A stretch of 64,000 nt of DNA, taken from Callorhinchus milii (taxonomy: Eukaryota). Position numbers and translations under genes: made by a program. The notes below the pieces were generated by a model, which was given only the letters and a program-made list of their open reading frames with translations, did not search any database and was not told where the DNA came from. Below, one piece after another: positions 14,239 to 28,368 of this stretch. The DNA is taken from NCBI RefSeq assembly GCF_018977255.1, contig NW_024704742.1:12402001-12466000 (forward strand). Direction: 5' to 3'. Numbering within the stretch: the stretch's first letter is position 1; the number at the start of each line of letters is the position of its first letter.

Positions 14239-16569
14239 TTTAAAAGAGATTAAGATTTGTGCAATGTATGTCAAATTCAATTGAAATCTGAATTAGGACT
14301 AAAAGACAAATGGTGTTTTTTTTAAAAGGTGAACGCTCCATTTACATTGACAATGACTAGTGAAGTTTAAAAAAATCTATATTTTTATTAAGTTTTTTTT
14401 AAGTTCTTCCATTCCCGGTCCAAAACTGTTAGTACTCTTCAGAAATAATAATGAAATAAGTTTTGCTTTTAATATTATAAAACTTGTGAATTAATCATAT
14501 CTAAATTGCTATGTGATGAGTGCAAAGAAATGCTGATGGATTTAATAATATTACTCATAAACCTTGCATTTGATAGAGAGCGCCTTGTCACATCTTCGAG
14601 ACGTCTCAAAGCGCTTCCCAAGATATACTGTAAAGTGAATTGATTGTATAATTTTAAATCAGATAATGTGAGGAAATGGACAGTAGAACAAGAAGTACGA
14701 AAAACACTGTATACCAATGCCCATTAACAAAGGTGGAAAATGTAAAATATTTGGATATGTTCTGTTAATACAAAGTTGCCATTGACAGGGCTAACCTAGT
14801 TTTAGAATGCATATTAAAGTTAGTTATGTTAACTGACAATAGATAAGAGATTGAATTGTGTTTGGAATAATATGCACTTGCAGAGAGATGAATTGTTTTT
14901 GACCTTCCTATTCTCATACTCTTCACCTGCCGACAATATCCTTTTATCTTCAGGCAATTTATTTTTCATTACCCGGATTTCTGACAGTATGCATTGCCGG
15001 ATCCTGGCCAACAATCTCCCAAATGGTCATTTCTATGCAAGGATTATTTTTTTCTTATGGGAACTGTCAATCTGGCTTGGATACTCTGAACCACGGTGCT
15101 AGATTTCCGCATTCTTATATATAATGAAGTGTCTGCATTTGAAAGCAATGTTTAGGTTAAGTGTAACACTTTCATATCATGGAGTAGAGATTAGTATTAG
15201 AGCATGTTTTTCACTGTAAAATGATCTTCAAACGTATCAGAAGAATAAAAGTGGAAGAGCAAGATTCTAGTAATCAGACCTGATCTTTATCACAACCAAT
15301 ATTTAGAATTTCGAGAAAGTACAGACAGAGAATCAGTCATTCTTCCGTTAAAAATCAAATAATAAACGTTGCATTTAATATAACGCCTTTTACATCAAGA
15401 AGACTTCTCAAAGCATTTCATAGGATTTAATGTTAAGTGTAGTGTATAAATGCATTTTTACATTAATTTATACTTTGAGACGTCTAGAAGACGTGAAAAG
15501 CGCTATATCAAATGCAAGGATTATTATTATTATTATTACTATAAGTATATAGTAGTGTAAATGCTGAAATACCACCTTGTCTAATGTAGTAAGGGATGTT
15601 TGACACTCCAAGGTACACTAAAATTTACGTAGAAAACAATACAATTTTCCACCTTCTGACAATATTACATCAATCTCTCTCTGAATCACTCTCGCAATAC
15701 ACTACAACAATCAACTTATTCCAATATTGAAAACAAGCAACTGTATTTATAACTAACTTTTGATAAATATGTTCTGAATTATAATTAACAATATTGTATT
15801 TCATAATCTCAGTAAAAGGGGGAATTCATGTCAAATGCAAGAATATTTATGGATACAATTTTTATTTCCTACTAGCTTCTGGACTGATGCAAATCTACAA
15901 AATTCTTTACCTCCATGGTTTATATCTGGCCAAGTTTGACGTGTATTGCATACAAAAAGAATACTTAATTAATTCCATGATTTATCCCAGAAGCTGCAGC
16001 CAAACAATGCATATAGCATTAGCCCACTATTGGGGTATCTATACCATTAGGGTAGTATAGATTTTGTATTGAGTACCATACTACAGAATATTTCATTTCA
16101 TACCAAAAGTGTGACATATAACATGCCATTAGAACTACTACTTTATATTGGTCCTGATGCTATAATATCCCCCATGATTTTATATCATCTTTCTCTGCAC
16201 AATTTCTCCCCAGTGTCTTGAAAATCTGATTTAAAAAGGATTACATTTTGAAAAATGTGTGTAGCTATATAGTTTACAACACTGATCCTCTATTCAGCCT
16301 TCCCACAAGATATAAATACCAGCAAAAGAGACATGCCAAAACTTGAGATGGATTTCTAACTTTAAAGCTGCCTCAGCACAGAATTACAGTGGAAACTCAC
16401 TTTCTATAGTCAGTACTTATGAGGAGACATCAGTATTTAGTTTAAGATTTTTGTTGCCATTATTTCAAATGGGGAACAACTGGAGCCTGAATAATAATAA
16501 TCCTTGCAAAAGATATAGCGTCTTATCACGTCTTTGAGTTGCCTTCATTTACTGAGGTAAATACCCCAC

Positions 16570-18166
16570 ATATCACAGACATCGTCAACCTGTCCCTCTC
16601 CTCTGGCTCCATTCCCATTCCCTTAAAAACTGCCACCATCACTCCCACCTTGAAAAAGCCCTCCCTTGATGCGTCGCAGCTATCAAGCTACCGGCCCATC
16701 TCCAACCTCCCCTTCCTGTTCAAGGTCCTGGAACGAGTTGTCGCCTCCCAGCTGCGCTCTTTCCTCTCCACCCATTCACTATTCGAACCCCTTCAGTCGG
16801 GTTTCCGTGCTGCCCATAACACAGAAACTGCCCTGGTCAAGGTCACCAATGACATCCTGACCATCTGTGACCAGGGCTCCCTCTGCCTCCAAGTCCTCCT
16901 CGACCTATCGGCAGCATTCGATACGGTCGACCATGCTATCCTCCTCCACAGCTTGTCCTCCCACCTAAACCTTCAAGGCCCTGTCCTTGAGTGGTTTAGG
17001 TCGTACCTCTCCCACCGTCTTCACTATGTTTCCACGAATGGCTTTTCCTCCACCCCCCGCACTGTCTCGTGCGGTGTCACTCAGGGCTCTGTCCTCGGTC
17101 CCCTCCTCTTCACCCTCTACATGCTCCCCCTTGGTGATATCATCTGCAGACATGGGGTTAACTTCCACATGTATGCGGATGACACCCAACTCTACCTTTC
17201 CTCCTCTACCCTCAACTCCACGACCACCGATGTCCTGACAGCTGCCTGTCCGACATCGAGTCCTGGACGAGAGACAACTTTCTTCAGCTCAACGTGCGCA
17301 AAACTGAGGCCCTCCTGATTGGCTCACGTCAGCGCCTCCGCACCTCAGGCGCTGACACCATCAGCATCCAAGGCTGCACTCTCCACCTCTCAAAGCCAGT
17401 CAGGAACCTTAGTGTTTTGTTCGATCCTGAGCTATCCTTTCTCCCTCATATCCGCACCACAAGTGGCACTGCCTTCCATCACCTCCGGAATATCGCCAGA
17501 CTATGGCATTACCTCACCCCTCACGCTGCTGAAACCCTGGTCCACGCCTTTATCACCTCAAGGCTGGACTATGGGAACTCTCTCCTCGCCGGCCTTCCCG
17601 GCACCTCCCTCCATAAGCTGCAGGTCATTCAGAACTCTGCAGCTCGTGTACTGTCCCGCACCAGGCTTCAGGACCACATCACTCCCACCCTCGCTCGCCT
17701 CCACTGGCTCCCCATCCCCCAGAGGATCGATTTCAAGATCCTCACCTACAAGGCCATTCACGGCCTTGCTCCCTCCTACCTCTCTGACTTACTATCCCCC
17801 TACCTACCTGCCCGTACCCTCCGTTCCTCTGGCTCCGGTCTGCTCCACATCCCCCGCCCCAACCGCCCTACCATTGGTGGCCGGGCCTTCAGCCTCTCAG
17901 CCCCTAGGCTTTGGAACTCTATCCCCCAGTTCCTTCTCCGCCTCCTCCCTTTCCTCCTTCAAGGCCGGTCTCAAGACCTTTCTCTTTGACTGAGCCTTCG
18001 GCTCCCCTCTCGACTCTCTACCCCCTCCTCGCTCCCTCCCTTCCCTTCAGCTCACCCTGACTATTTCCCCCCTGCTCGGGTCCTGACCCAACTGTACAGC
18101 GCCTTGGGATGTCCTCACAACATGAAAGGCGCTCTATAAATGGAATCTTGTTGTTGTTGTTGTTGT
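16570..18166 (+). mobile_element. L2-clade LINE, 5'-truncated RT half with intact 3' tail; young
   Basis: [48 protein letters not shown]; tail stem-loop + (TTG)n; frameshift near 17240. Confidence 0.95.
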
Positions 18167-18199
18167 TGAGGTGTCCACAAGGTGAGACTCTACTGTATG

Positions 18200-18510
18200 A
18201 GTGTCAGTCTGGCTAGTTGGCAGCACTCTCACCTCAGAGTCAGAAGGTTGTGGGTTTAAGCCCCAAGTCAGGACTTGAAACTCATATAGTTTAAGATGAC
18301 ACTCCAGTGCAGTGCTGGTGGTGTACTTCAATCTCAGAGGTGCCTTCCTTCAGATGAGACATTAAAACTGAGGTCCCAGCTACTACATGTCGCTCACAAA
18401 ACATGTAGTCACTTTACAGTATATGCTGTGAAGCACTTTGAAATATCTTGACGATGTGATAAGGCAACACATCAAATGCAAGGATTATTATTTTTATCAT
18501 TATTATTATT
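18200..18510 (+). mobile_element. Older, different tRNA-headed SINE (DeuSINE/SacSINE1-like); related remnant at ~41045-41420
   Basis: ggcagcactctcacctcagagtcagaaggttgtgggtttaag head, gacactccagtgcagtgctg and gaggtgccttccttcagatgagac body; family assignment from memory. Confidence 0.6.
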
Positions 18511-18799
18511 TACTCATTGTTTACATGGTAGATTATTAGCTGCCATGTTTATTTACATAACATTCTGGATCATGGACAATTATTCATTATTTATTTTCAG
18601 ATCACTATTCTTGTTCTTCAAATGTGGTCATTAATTTTGGGTGCCTTCTGCCTTGTGATGCATAATGACAAATGATTAAAATCTGATGAGTGGTCTGTCA
18701 TCAGCAGTGTCTTGGAGTCCCGTGGAACTCAGGAACTGGTTGACTGAGACTTTCACAGAGAGTTGACTCGATGCTGGCTTTTTGATTCTGCGCTTTCAT

Positions 18800-19020
18800 C
18801 GAGTACGCCCAAAACTCTGGAACACTCTTCCTCTATCCCTCTGCCTTGCCCCTTCCTTCCCCATCTTCAGGTCACGCCTGAAGAATTTCTTGTTTGACCG
18901 TACCTACGGTCATCTCCCCTTCCCCACGGCTCAGCGTCGTGCTGCGCTGCGCCACTGTCAAGCTCTCTGGAACGCTACCCTGCGTGAGGGCCGCAGTATA
19001 AGAGCAAATTGTTGTTGTTG
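18800..19020 (+). mobile_element. L2 3' end fragment
   Basis: PKLWNTLPLSL...FRSRLKNFLFD and (TTG)n tail. Confidence 0.75.
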
Positions 19021-19244
19021 ACAGTGCAAGGATTATTATTATTAAAGTGCCATTTTTGTGAATTTATGCAAATATCAAAAGTTGCATTAACTCTGACCCT
19101 ATTTTGAGACCAGACTTGTCTATATTTGTTCGTCAGGACACACTAGACAACTATACCGTAAGTAATAGGTGCACAGTAGATTATTCTGTTCATATCACAT
19201 GGTTTGGCTGCAACTGGTAATCTGCTCATTCTTCTGCTTTACAG

Positions 19245-19374
19245 GTGAGGACCGGTTTCAAAGCCCATTTGAATGGAATCTCGTGGGCAAGAATCTTTTT
19301 GCAATGTTTGTTCAGGGCATGGTGTTATTCATGTTCACCATACTTTTGGAGTACACGTTTTTCATCAGATCAAG
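19245..19374 (+). CDS. ABCA1-like: ABCA exon, 130 nt (last TM helix of TMD2)
   Basis: tttacag| ... |GTCAGC; (G)EDRFQSPFEWNLVGKNLFAMFVQGMVLFMFTILLEYTFFIRS(R); phase matches neighbouring exons. Confidence 0.95.
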
Positions 19375-19718
19375 GTCAGCAAATATTTCTACTTCAACTA
19401 TTTCTGTTTGCCTTGTAGACAAATGCTACACCGTCAGCACATTTCAAATATCTATATTCATATCTGGCTAAGACGTCTTTCTAAGGACAGATATCAAAGT
19501 TACTCTGCAATCTAAGGCTGGCTTATCAGTCTCCCATAAATGATATAAATATAGGATTAAGTGACTCATAAAACCCTTTGAACAGAAATGGCTGCTTGAG
19601 CAGGTCACGTCTGATCTACACTGCAGCAAAAAAAGTGTTGAGAATGTTGGCAAAAGAATGGAAACTCTCAAAAAGGTTTAGCCCTAACTCACACAGTTGT
19701 CAGCATTAGTTGTATGTA

Positions 19719-20093
19719 TAATAATAATAATCCTTGCATTTGATATAGCGCCTTATTACATCTTCGCGACATCTCAAAGTGTTTCACAGATCAAGGTCAG
19801 CAAATGTAAAGTGAATTGACTTTATATTTTGTGGGCAAAATGCAGCAGCCAATTGCACACAGCAGTGTCCTACAAAGAGTTGTGGATTGAGAGACCAATT
19901 TATTGTTTTTTTGAAGGAATTATTACCCACGGAAAAGCGATCCACCAATCGACTAACAACCGGGTTCCTACCTACTGCTAGATAAACGAGGAGTGTGGAG
20001 TGGAAACTTGCCCAACATTTTGCCCTGCCAAGAATTGAACCCAGGTCTCTCGCTTACGAGGCGAGTCCTCTAACCACTGAGCTACAGAACTCC
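19719..20093 (-). mobile_element. tRNA-derived SINE, long form
   Basis: Full head; includes central tttatctagcagtaggtaggaacccgg segment; tail. Confidence 0.9.
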
Positions 20094-22337
20094 ATTATAA
20101 GGTTCAAAACTGCCTTGTGATGGCTAATTGTAGCTCTGTTTGGTAGGAGGCAGAGTCTACCCATCACTTGCTCTTGGGCTCAGTGTAGTGAATCATAGTG
20201 AATGAGGATGGCATGCCTTTTTCTCAAGAGTCCTCCTTGATAATATCGGAAAGATGTGATTTACTATCAATCATCTGCAACATCATGACTGAAATAACAA
20301 CCCCATAGAACCATGTGATATAGTAGGAGACAGGTTGACCCATTATTTCATGTTGGTGTTAGTTCTAGCAAAAAGTAACCATCCTATTCCCAATTCCTTG
20401 TTCTTTCCCCATACCCTCTGTATATGCTTCTCTAATTATTTTAAATGGCCCCAATTCACTCTGCTTTACCAATGACCAATGTTATTTTGGGGGATTTTTG
20501 GCCAGGACATAAGGAGAAAGGGACCTCGTTTTTAACCTCTCATCTGAAAGATACCACTTCTGACAATGTAGTGCTAAGTGTTAGTATAGACTATATGGGT
20601 TCCAAGTCCAAATTTGAATTAACCCAAATTGTCATCCCTTGTTACAAACACCTCAAAAAGAAATGTAATCTCTGAAATAAATCAATGTTTATGGATAAAG
20701 TAAGAATTTAAAATTTATCCATTTGGATTTTATATTCTAAATAAACAGAAGATGGAGATATTCGGCAATGAGTGATGGGTTGTGATTTAATGGGGGGAGG
20801 AGTAGGGGTCTATTATTTGAAAGCTGGTAATGGCAATTAAACCTGGGATGAAAATGAATAAGTACAGTGAGAAGTTGATCTGACGGCTTCACTGCCCTAT
20901 CAAAACTGTATTTGAAATAGAAGTAAACATGAATGCAGTTTGATGCAGGATTCTGAAAATTTCATAACTCGCCAGAAGTAGCGATTTTGAGTTTCAGAGG
21001 GCACTTTCAACGAGAATAAATGTGCCTGGAACATATGATCATGTTACCATGGAGCCTCTCATTAACTTTTCTGATAGATTTGTACAAATGTTGCAAATTT
21101 TGGGGGACGTGTTTACCTCAGAGTTCATTTGCTCTTTTTCCTCCCATGAACCTAAACTGCATGGGTAACATCTGACAGGAGTGAGATTTCTCAAAGGCAT
21201 TTTCAACAAAGGTGTAAGTACTTCAGAAAGCCTTTATTTAATTAGAAAATCAAGGCTGGAGAGTGAAATCTTCCACAGTTCTGTTGCAGGATTATAAGGG
21301 AATTACAGGTCATTCTCCCACTTACCAGTAGATCATTAAACGTGACAAGAAGCACATGTTATTTTTGCCGGTTAGTAAATTTACCGGCCTTGATGGTGGA
21401 ATTTTATGGTGATATTTTCTCCTTCTGTCAAGGTCACTAAATTTACCAACAATCGACAAAACAACACCTAAGAGCTAAGGAAAAACACCACCTCAGTGAC
21501 TTGGGACGTCCTCCCGACGTGAAAGGCGCTATACAAATGTCTTTTTTTCTTCTTGTTTGCAGGCGCATTCCATTCTCAATTACTGCAGGTTTTTCAGAGG
21601 GTAATTTGTAAAGCATTACTAGGAATGTTCTGTACACCATGGTTGTTTTCCAGCATAATAAACAGTAGAGCAGATGTAGAGTGAGTTTTCCCGCTTCCAG
21701 CTCTCTTTTTAAAGCAACATGTTTAAGAAACATTGGGTATGACATAATATCTTCTTGAGTAGCTCAGTGAATCCCCAGGTGTGAGAAGGTTAAAGCAGCT
21801 TTTGATAGCAGCCCCCGTAGAACTGAATAACTATTCAATGAACCAACAAGAATCATGTCTCCAGAGAGCACTCTGTACACAGAGGTCCCTCCCTCTCATG
21901 TTCTACAACATAACGCGAGCGCCATCTGTAACAAATAATAATAATAATCCTTGCATTTGATATAGCACCTTATCATGTCTTTGAGACATCTCAAAGCGCT
22001 TCACGGAATATACCAAAAAGTACATTGACTGAACATTTTGTGAGGGCAGCACAGAAGCCAAATGTGCACAGCAGAGTCCCACAAACAGTCATTGATTGAG
22101 TGACAAAATTATTTTTAATTTAATAAAAGCTAATATCCGATGAACAACTTTGCAGAACAATGTCTTCCTCTACAGCCACCAGACAGAGAACCCCAAATGA
22201 GTAGGTTCTCACCATTTACCTACAGCTTTACATCATTCACTTACAATCCTTGTGCTTTTCACACAGTATACGGTACTGCTCCGTATATGGTACTCATCAT
22301 GTGTTAGTTTCTGTAACCTGTATCTTCTCTCCACTAG

Positions 22338-22458
22338 ACGTGACAAAGTGGTTCCTCAGTCTGCCGTTGAGGAGGATGAAGATGTATCTCGTGAACGGAT
22401 GAGAATTCTGAGTGGCGAGGCACAAAGTGACCTGTTAACAATATGTGAACTAACCAAG
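22338..22458 (+). CDS. ABCA1-like: ABCA exon, 121 nt (linker to NBD2)
   Basis: cttctctccactag| ... |GTATAT; RDKVVPQSAVEEDEDVSRERMRILSGEAQSDLLTICELTK (EDEDVxRER motif). Confidence 0.93.
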
Positions 22459-23329
22459 GTATATCTAAAGTCTATATTGCGTGATGGCTATTTAGTCTTA
22501 TATTAATAATAATCATAATAATAATGCTTGCATTTGGTACAGTGCCTTTCATGTCAGGAGGATATCCCAAAGTGCATCACAAGATATCTTGTAAAGAGTG
22601 CTACCAAGCTGACACAATTAACAGACGATATCTTCCAGTTACCTTGATTCCAGTTTCCTGAAACTCGATGTCACAGGCTAAGCGCTTTCAGTGTGAAATG
22701 AACTTTGTGAAATGTGAACAGGATAAAATTTTCATCCACAAGATACAACCGCCATGTCGCTTTATAGTAAATTTCTGTGAAGCACTTTGAGACATCTCGG
22801 TGACAGATGCATGTATTATTATTATCATAAATAAGTTACAAAATAATAATAATAATCCTTGCATTTGATAATGTTGAAATGTCTGAAAGCACATCAAAAG
22901 GTTTTGTGTACCATGTAAAGACTGCATATTTAATTCATACCAGGTATTATCATTTTTGCTTAAGCAACAATGGGAGCAGTTCTTTGAACACAGAGTATTC
23001 CCTAGAGAATTTTCCATTTCTCGACTCCTCTATATTCAGGATCACTGCTCAATCAGTGTTCAGTCTTTTTTGTTTGCAAGAAGCATCAGCTGTTTTTTTT
23101 TAACACAAGCAAAACATCAAACCTCTGGTCTGCGAAATTATTAATCAGGTTTATCACGGTCTCCATAATGGAAGTCGTAAAAAATGTCAATAAAGCAGCA
23201 TCTGAAAAAAAATCATAAATGAATGTGTACCATTTAATTTTCATTGCTATTAAGCAAACATGTTCATTCTGAATGGTTAATCAGATATTCACAAAGAGTT
23301 CATGTCTTTATGAACATCTGATTATGAAT

Positions 23330-25397
23330 ATCCCGCATGAAATCAACCACTTGCTCCCTCAACTCCATCCCTACCCTTCTCCTTACCTCCCAGGTCCATC
23401 TCCTACTGACAGACATCATAAATCTCTCCCTGTCCACTGGTACCGTTCCCACCCCATTAAAAACTGCCGTCATCACTCCTATCCTTAAAAAAACCCTCCC
23501 TGGACCCATCCTCTACTCTCAAACCACTGCCCCATCACCAATCTCCCTTTCCTCTCCAATGTCCTGGAACGAATTGTTGCTTCCCAGCTTCGCTTCTTCC
23601 TCTCCCGCCACTCCTTTCTCGAACCCCTCCAATAGGCTTTCTATGCCACCCACAGCACAGAAACAATCTGGTCAAAGTGACAAATGATATTCTGTCCATC
23701 TGGGACCACGGCTCCCTCTGCCTCCTCGTCCTCCTTGACCTCTCTGCTACCTTCGACACCATCGACCACTCTATCCTCCTCTCACCTCAACTTTCACAGC
23801 TCTGTCCTTGACTGGTTCAGATTGTACCTCTCACGCTGCTTCCACTTCATCTTCACAAACGGCTTCCCCTATAGCCCCTGCACCGTCTCGTGCAGTGTTC
23901 CTCAGGGCTCTATCCTTGGTCCCCTTCTTTCAGTATCTATGTGGTCCCTCTTGGTGACATCATCCGCAGACAACTTCCACATGTATGTGGATGTACCTCT
24001 CTACCTCCCCACTTGACTCCAGGACCACTGCTATTCTTTCAGAATGTCTGTCAGACATCAAGTCCTGGATGAGAGCTAACTTTCTTCAGTTGAATATCAA
24101 CAAGACCGAGGCTCTCCTGATTGGCTCCCGTCAGCGCCTCCTCACCTCAGGCGCTGACAGCATCACCATCAACAACAACAACAACAAGATTCCATTTATA
24201 AAGCGCCTTTCACGTCAGGAGGACGTCCCAAGGCGCTGCACAGTTGGGTCAGGACCCGAGCAGGGGGTGAAATGGTCAGGGTGAGGGGAGGGAAGGGAAG
24301 GGAGGGAGCGAGGAAGGGGGAAATGGTCAGGGTGACGGAGGGAAGGGAGGGAGCGAGGAGGGGGAAGAGAGTCGAGAGGGGAGCTGAAGGCTCGGTCAAA
24401 GAGAAAGGTTTTGAGACCGGCCTTGAAGGAGGAGAGGGAGGAGGCAAGGCGAAGGCACTGGGGGATGGAGTTCCAGAGCCTAGGGGCTGAGAGGCTGAAG
24501 GCCCGACCACCGATGGTAGGGCGATTGGGGCGGGGGATGTGGAGCAGACCGGAGCCGGAGGAACGGAGGGTACGGGCAGGTAGGTAGGGGGATAGTAGGT
24601 TGGAGAGGTAGGAGGGAGCAAGGCCGTGGATGGCCTTATAGATGAGGATGAGGATCTTGAAATCAATCCTCTGGGGGATGGGGAGCCAGTGGAGGCGAGC
24701 AAGGGTGGGTGTGATGTGGTCCCGAAGCCTGGTGCGGGACAGTACACGAGCTGCAGAGTTGTGAATGACCTCCATCCATGGTTGCACATTCCAAACTACT
24801 AAGCCAGTCCGGAACCTTGGGGTCTTGTTAGACCCTCAACTATACTTTCTACCCACATCTGCGTCATGACCCACTCAGCCTTCCCCCATCACCGCAACAT
24901 CGTCCAGCTCTGCCACTGACTCACACCTCAGGCCGCCGAAACCCTCATACATGCATTTATTACATCAAGGCTTGACTTTGCACGCAGAGGATACAGTTCA
25001 AGGTGGTGGTCCTCAACTTCACAGCCCTACCTCTGCGACCTTCTAACTCCCTACCATTCTGCTCGCTCCCTCCACTCAGCAGGCTCCGGCCTGCTTCACA
25101 TCCTCCACCTCGCTCGCCCCACTATTGGCGGGAGGGCCTTCTGCCACTTTGCCCACACCCTCTGGAACTCCATCCCGCAGTCCTTCCACCTCACCCCCTC
25201 CCTTTCCTCCTTCAAGACCCATCTTAAGACCCTCCTTTTCAACTGTACTTTCGATCACCCTGCTTCCCCCCCCCCACTGCCCTCCACCCTCCCCGATCCA
25301 CCCCCAGCTCGGGTCCGAAACTATGTCTGTCCAGCGCTTTGGGACATCTTCCCGACGTGAAAGACGCTATACAAATGGAATTTTGTTGTTCTTGTTG
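23330..25397 (+). mobile_element. L2 RT-to-3' fragment, degenerate, hosting a younger inverted L2
   Basis: [43 protein letters not shown]2 tail at 25330-25397. Confidence 0.9.
24171..24771 (-). mobile_element. Young L2 3' fragment nested in L2
   Basis: Open ORF2 C-terminus (LHWLPIPQRIDFK), (AAC)n tail; 5-bp duplication CCATC at 24166-24170 and 24772-24776. Confidence 0.93.
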
Positions 25398-26517
25398 TCT
25401 TTCTGTATCGGACCTCCACATATTAATACTATCTTTGCCATTATCCAGCACTAGACTAATACAGTATTCAGATCATTTGTTTAATGACTAAACCAACTCA
25501 AAAACGTATTTATAATAAATGGTAAGGTGATTATTTAACATCTTTTCTTTTTTCACAATTTGCTCTGATGCTTTTCTCTAACTTTTCTTTTGAATTTATT
25601 TTAATCCCCAGCCTTCTGAGATGCTAACTAACCCTTTGGAGATGCTAACCCAAAGTTTCTTAAAAAAAACACTAAATTTTCATCAAAAATAAATATGAAA
25701 TACTGCATTTGCCCTGCAGTCCCTTAAAAAACCCAGGGGGGTTTTCTGCTGTTTGCAGTACTGCAATTCTAATACTGGCTTGTTCCTCATTTTGATTTTT
25801 TACTTTTTGAACAATACTGAACAGTAAACACAACACACTTTACAAACTGAGCCCTCGATTGTTATCAGCAATATTGTTGAATGACATTCAAATGATTGCC
25901 CATAGAGAGTTCTAGCCACAGATCTCTCAAGCCTGAAGTCTGGTTACCTCCCCATTGATTCTATTCCAGTCCCCTGCCAACGACGATGATGGGTTGGTTT
26001 TATAAAAAAGAGGTTGAGTGAAGAGAAAACAGTTGTCAACTCAACACCAGTGGGATTTCACTATCAACCCAGATTAGCAAAATAACCCACTCACTGCATG
26101 CATGAATGCCATTCAGATCTGCCCCCCAGTGGGATCTGGACAGATCTCAAGCTGTGGGAAGAGATGAACAAAATAATATTGTCGAGCAAGTACTTTTAAT
26201 TTTTCCTGCTAATTAGTTTAGTCGTATGAGCCAAAACGTTATGGTTTTGATTGATTTAGAAGGCGACCAAAGCCAAGATAAACCGGATATCACGGATCAA
26301 AAAAAAAAGTTTACCTGTCGATGTTCTACCATCCTACTGGGGGAAAAAAAAATTCTAGGTCAAGTAGATTAAAGAGGACGACAGCTATTTATTAAATGTA
26401 CCTTATTCAAATATAACTTCTATCTGCATCTAGAATTCTGATGACCTGAACAGTTTTCGAGTAATTTTATGCTACCATCAAATTTTTGGTCTAGATATCA
26501 CGCAATTCTTCAATTGT

Positions 26518-26849
26518 GGAGTCCTGTAGCTCAGTGGTTAGAGCACTCGCTTCGCAAGCAAGAGTCCTGGGTTCGATTCCTGGCAGGACAAAATCTTGAG
26601 CAAGTTTCTTACTCCACATGCCTGATAATAATCCCTCAAGAAAAAAAACAATAATAAAAAAATTTGGTCACTTCAATCCATGACTGTTTGTGGGACACTG
26701 TTGGTGTTGAAACAATTGTTGACACAATTGGTTGCTGCATTTCGCCCACAAATATACAGTCAATTCACTTTACACTATATTCTGCGAAGTGCTTTGAGAT
26801 GTCTAGAAAACGTTAAAAGTGCTATCTCAAATGCAAGGATTATTATTAT
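26518..26849 (+). mobile_element. tRNA-derived SINE, short form
   Basis: TAGCTCAGTGG A-box, GGTTCGATTCC B-box, body, tail. Confidence 0.92.
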
Positions 26850-27183
26850 CCCATTATAATCCATGATACATTAGGAATGCACAGCCGAACACCAAAATCT
26901 ATCTGCACACAGCAGGCCATTTTAGAAATCTGATCAATCATTTTGAGAAAAATATTTATGCTCCATCGTAACTATTTTTTATTTAATAATGGTTCAGATT
27001 AGATTGCTAAAACCATTGAGAAATTAAAAGGACTGCAGTTGAAAAAATCTATAGGTTTCACTGTAGTTCTTAGAAATTCTGACCCAAGCTTAAAAATACA
27101 TTGCGAACCAATTCAGGATTCACTAGTAGTTCATTTACGCAGTAGGCTTTGAACTTGAGATTTATATTGTGTACCCCTACTCT

Positions 27184-28368
27184 ACAACAACAACAAAATT
27201 ATATTTAGGCGCTGGACAGTCAGAGTTTCGGACTCAAGCTGGGGGTCAGGATTGGGGAGGGTGCAGTGCAGGGGGGGAAAGCAGGTTGATCAAAAGCACG
27301 GTCAAAGAGGAGGGTCTTGAAATGGGTCTTGAAGGAGGCAAGGATCTTGAACTGTATCCTCTGTGTGATATGAAGCCAGTGGAGTCAGGCGAGGATGGGG
27401 ATGGGGACGGAGCCTGGTGCGGGAGGGGACACGACCTGCAGAGTTCTGGATGATCTGCAGGCCAGGGAGGGAGGAGTTGGGGAGGCTGACAAGCAGGAGT
27501 TTGCATAGTCAAGCCTTGATGTAATAAATGCATGTATGAGGGTTTCAGCGACCTCCGGTGTGAGACAGTGTCGGAGCTGGACGATGTAGCAGAGGTGGGG
27601 GAAAGGCAGAGCAGGTCATGGCATGGATGCATGTTAGAAAGGATAGTTGAGGGTCAAACAAGACTCCAAGGTTCCGGACTGGCTCAGTGAGGTGGAGTTT
27701 GCAACCATGGATGGTGATGCTGTCAGCGCCTGAGGTGAGGAGGCACTGACGGGAGCCAATCAGGAGAGCCTCGGTCTTGTTGACGTTCAACTGAAGAAAG
27801 TTAGCTCTCATCCAGGACTTGATGTCTGACAGACATTCTGTCAGCACAGCAGTGGTCCTGGAGGCAGAGAGGTACAGTTGGGTGTTATCCGCATAACTGT
27901 GGAAGTTGATGTCACCAAGAGGGAGCATACAGATATAGATATTGAAGAGGAGGGGACCAAGGACAGAGCCCTGAGGAAGACCCCACAATACCGGGGGCGA
28001 GAGGAGAAACCATTTGTGGAGGTGGAGTGCAGGTGGTGTGAGAGGTACGACCTGAACCAGTCAAGGACAGAGCCGTGAAGGTTGAGGTGAGAGGAGAGGT
28101 GGTGGATGAGGATACAGTGGTCGACAGTGTCGAATGCAGCAGAGAGGTCAAGGAGTGCGAGGAGGCAGAGGGAGCCCTGGTTGCAGATGGACAGAATGTC
28201 ATTTGTCACTTTGACCAGGGCTGTTTCTGAGCTGTGAGCGGCACAGAAACCAGATTAGAGGGGTTTGTGAAGGGAGTGGCGGGAGAGGAAGGAGCGAAGC
28301 TGGAAAGCAGCAACTTATTCCAGGACCTTGAAGAAGAAAGGGAGGTTGGAGATGGGGCAGTAGTTTGA
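27184..28368 (-). mobile_element. L2 fragment with internal deletions
   Basis: [30 protein letters not shown]; (CAA)n tail on + strand. Confidence 0.9.

Noticed and set aside
20945..21290. Possible old MITE with degenerate inverted ends
   Set aside because: Inverted similarity too weak and no TSD identifiable
26518..26590. tRNA genes at SINE heads (also near 455, 31127, 35681, 36989, 49425, 56008)
   Set aside because: A/B boxes and anticodon-like arm are present, but there is no proper acceptor stem and each continues into the same SINE body and tail
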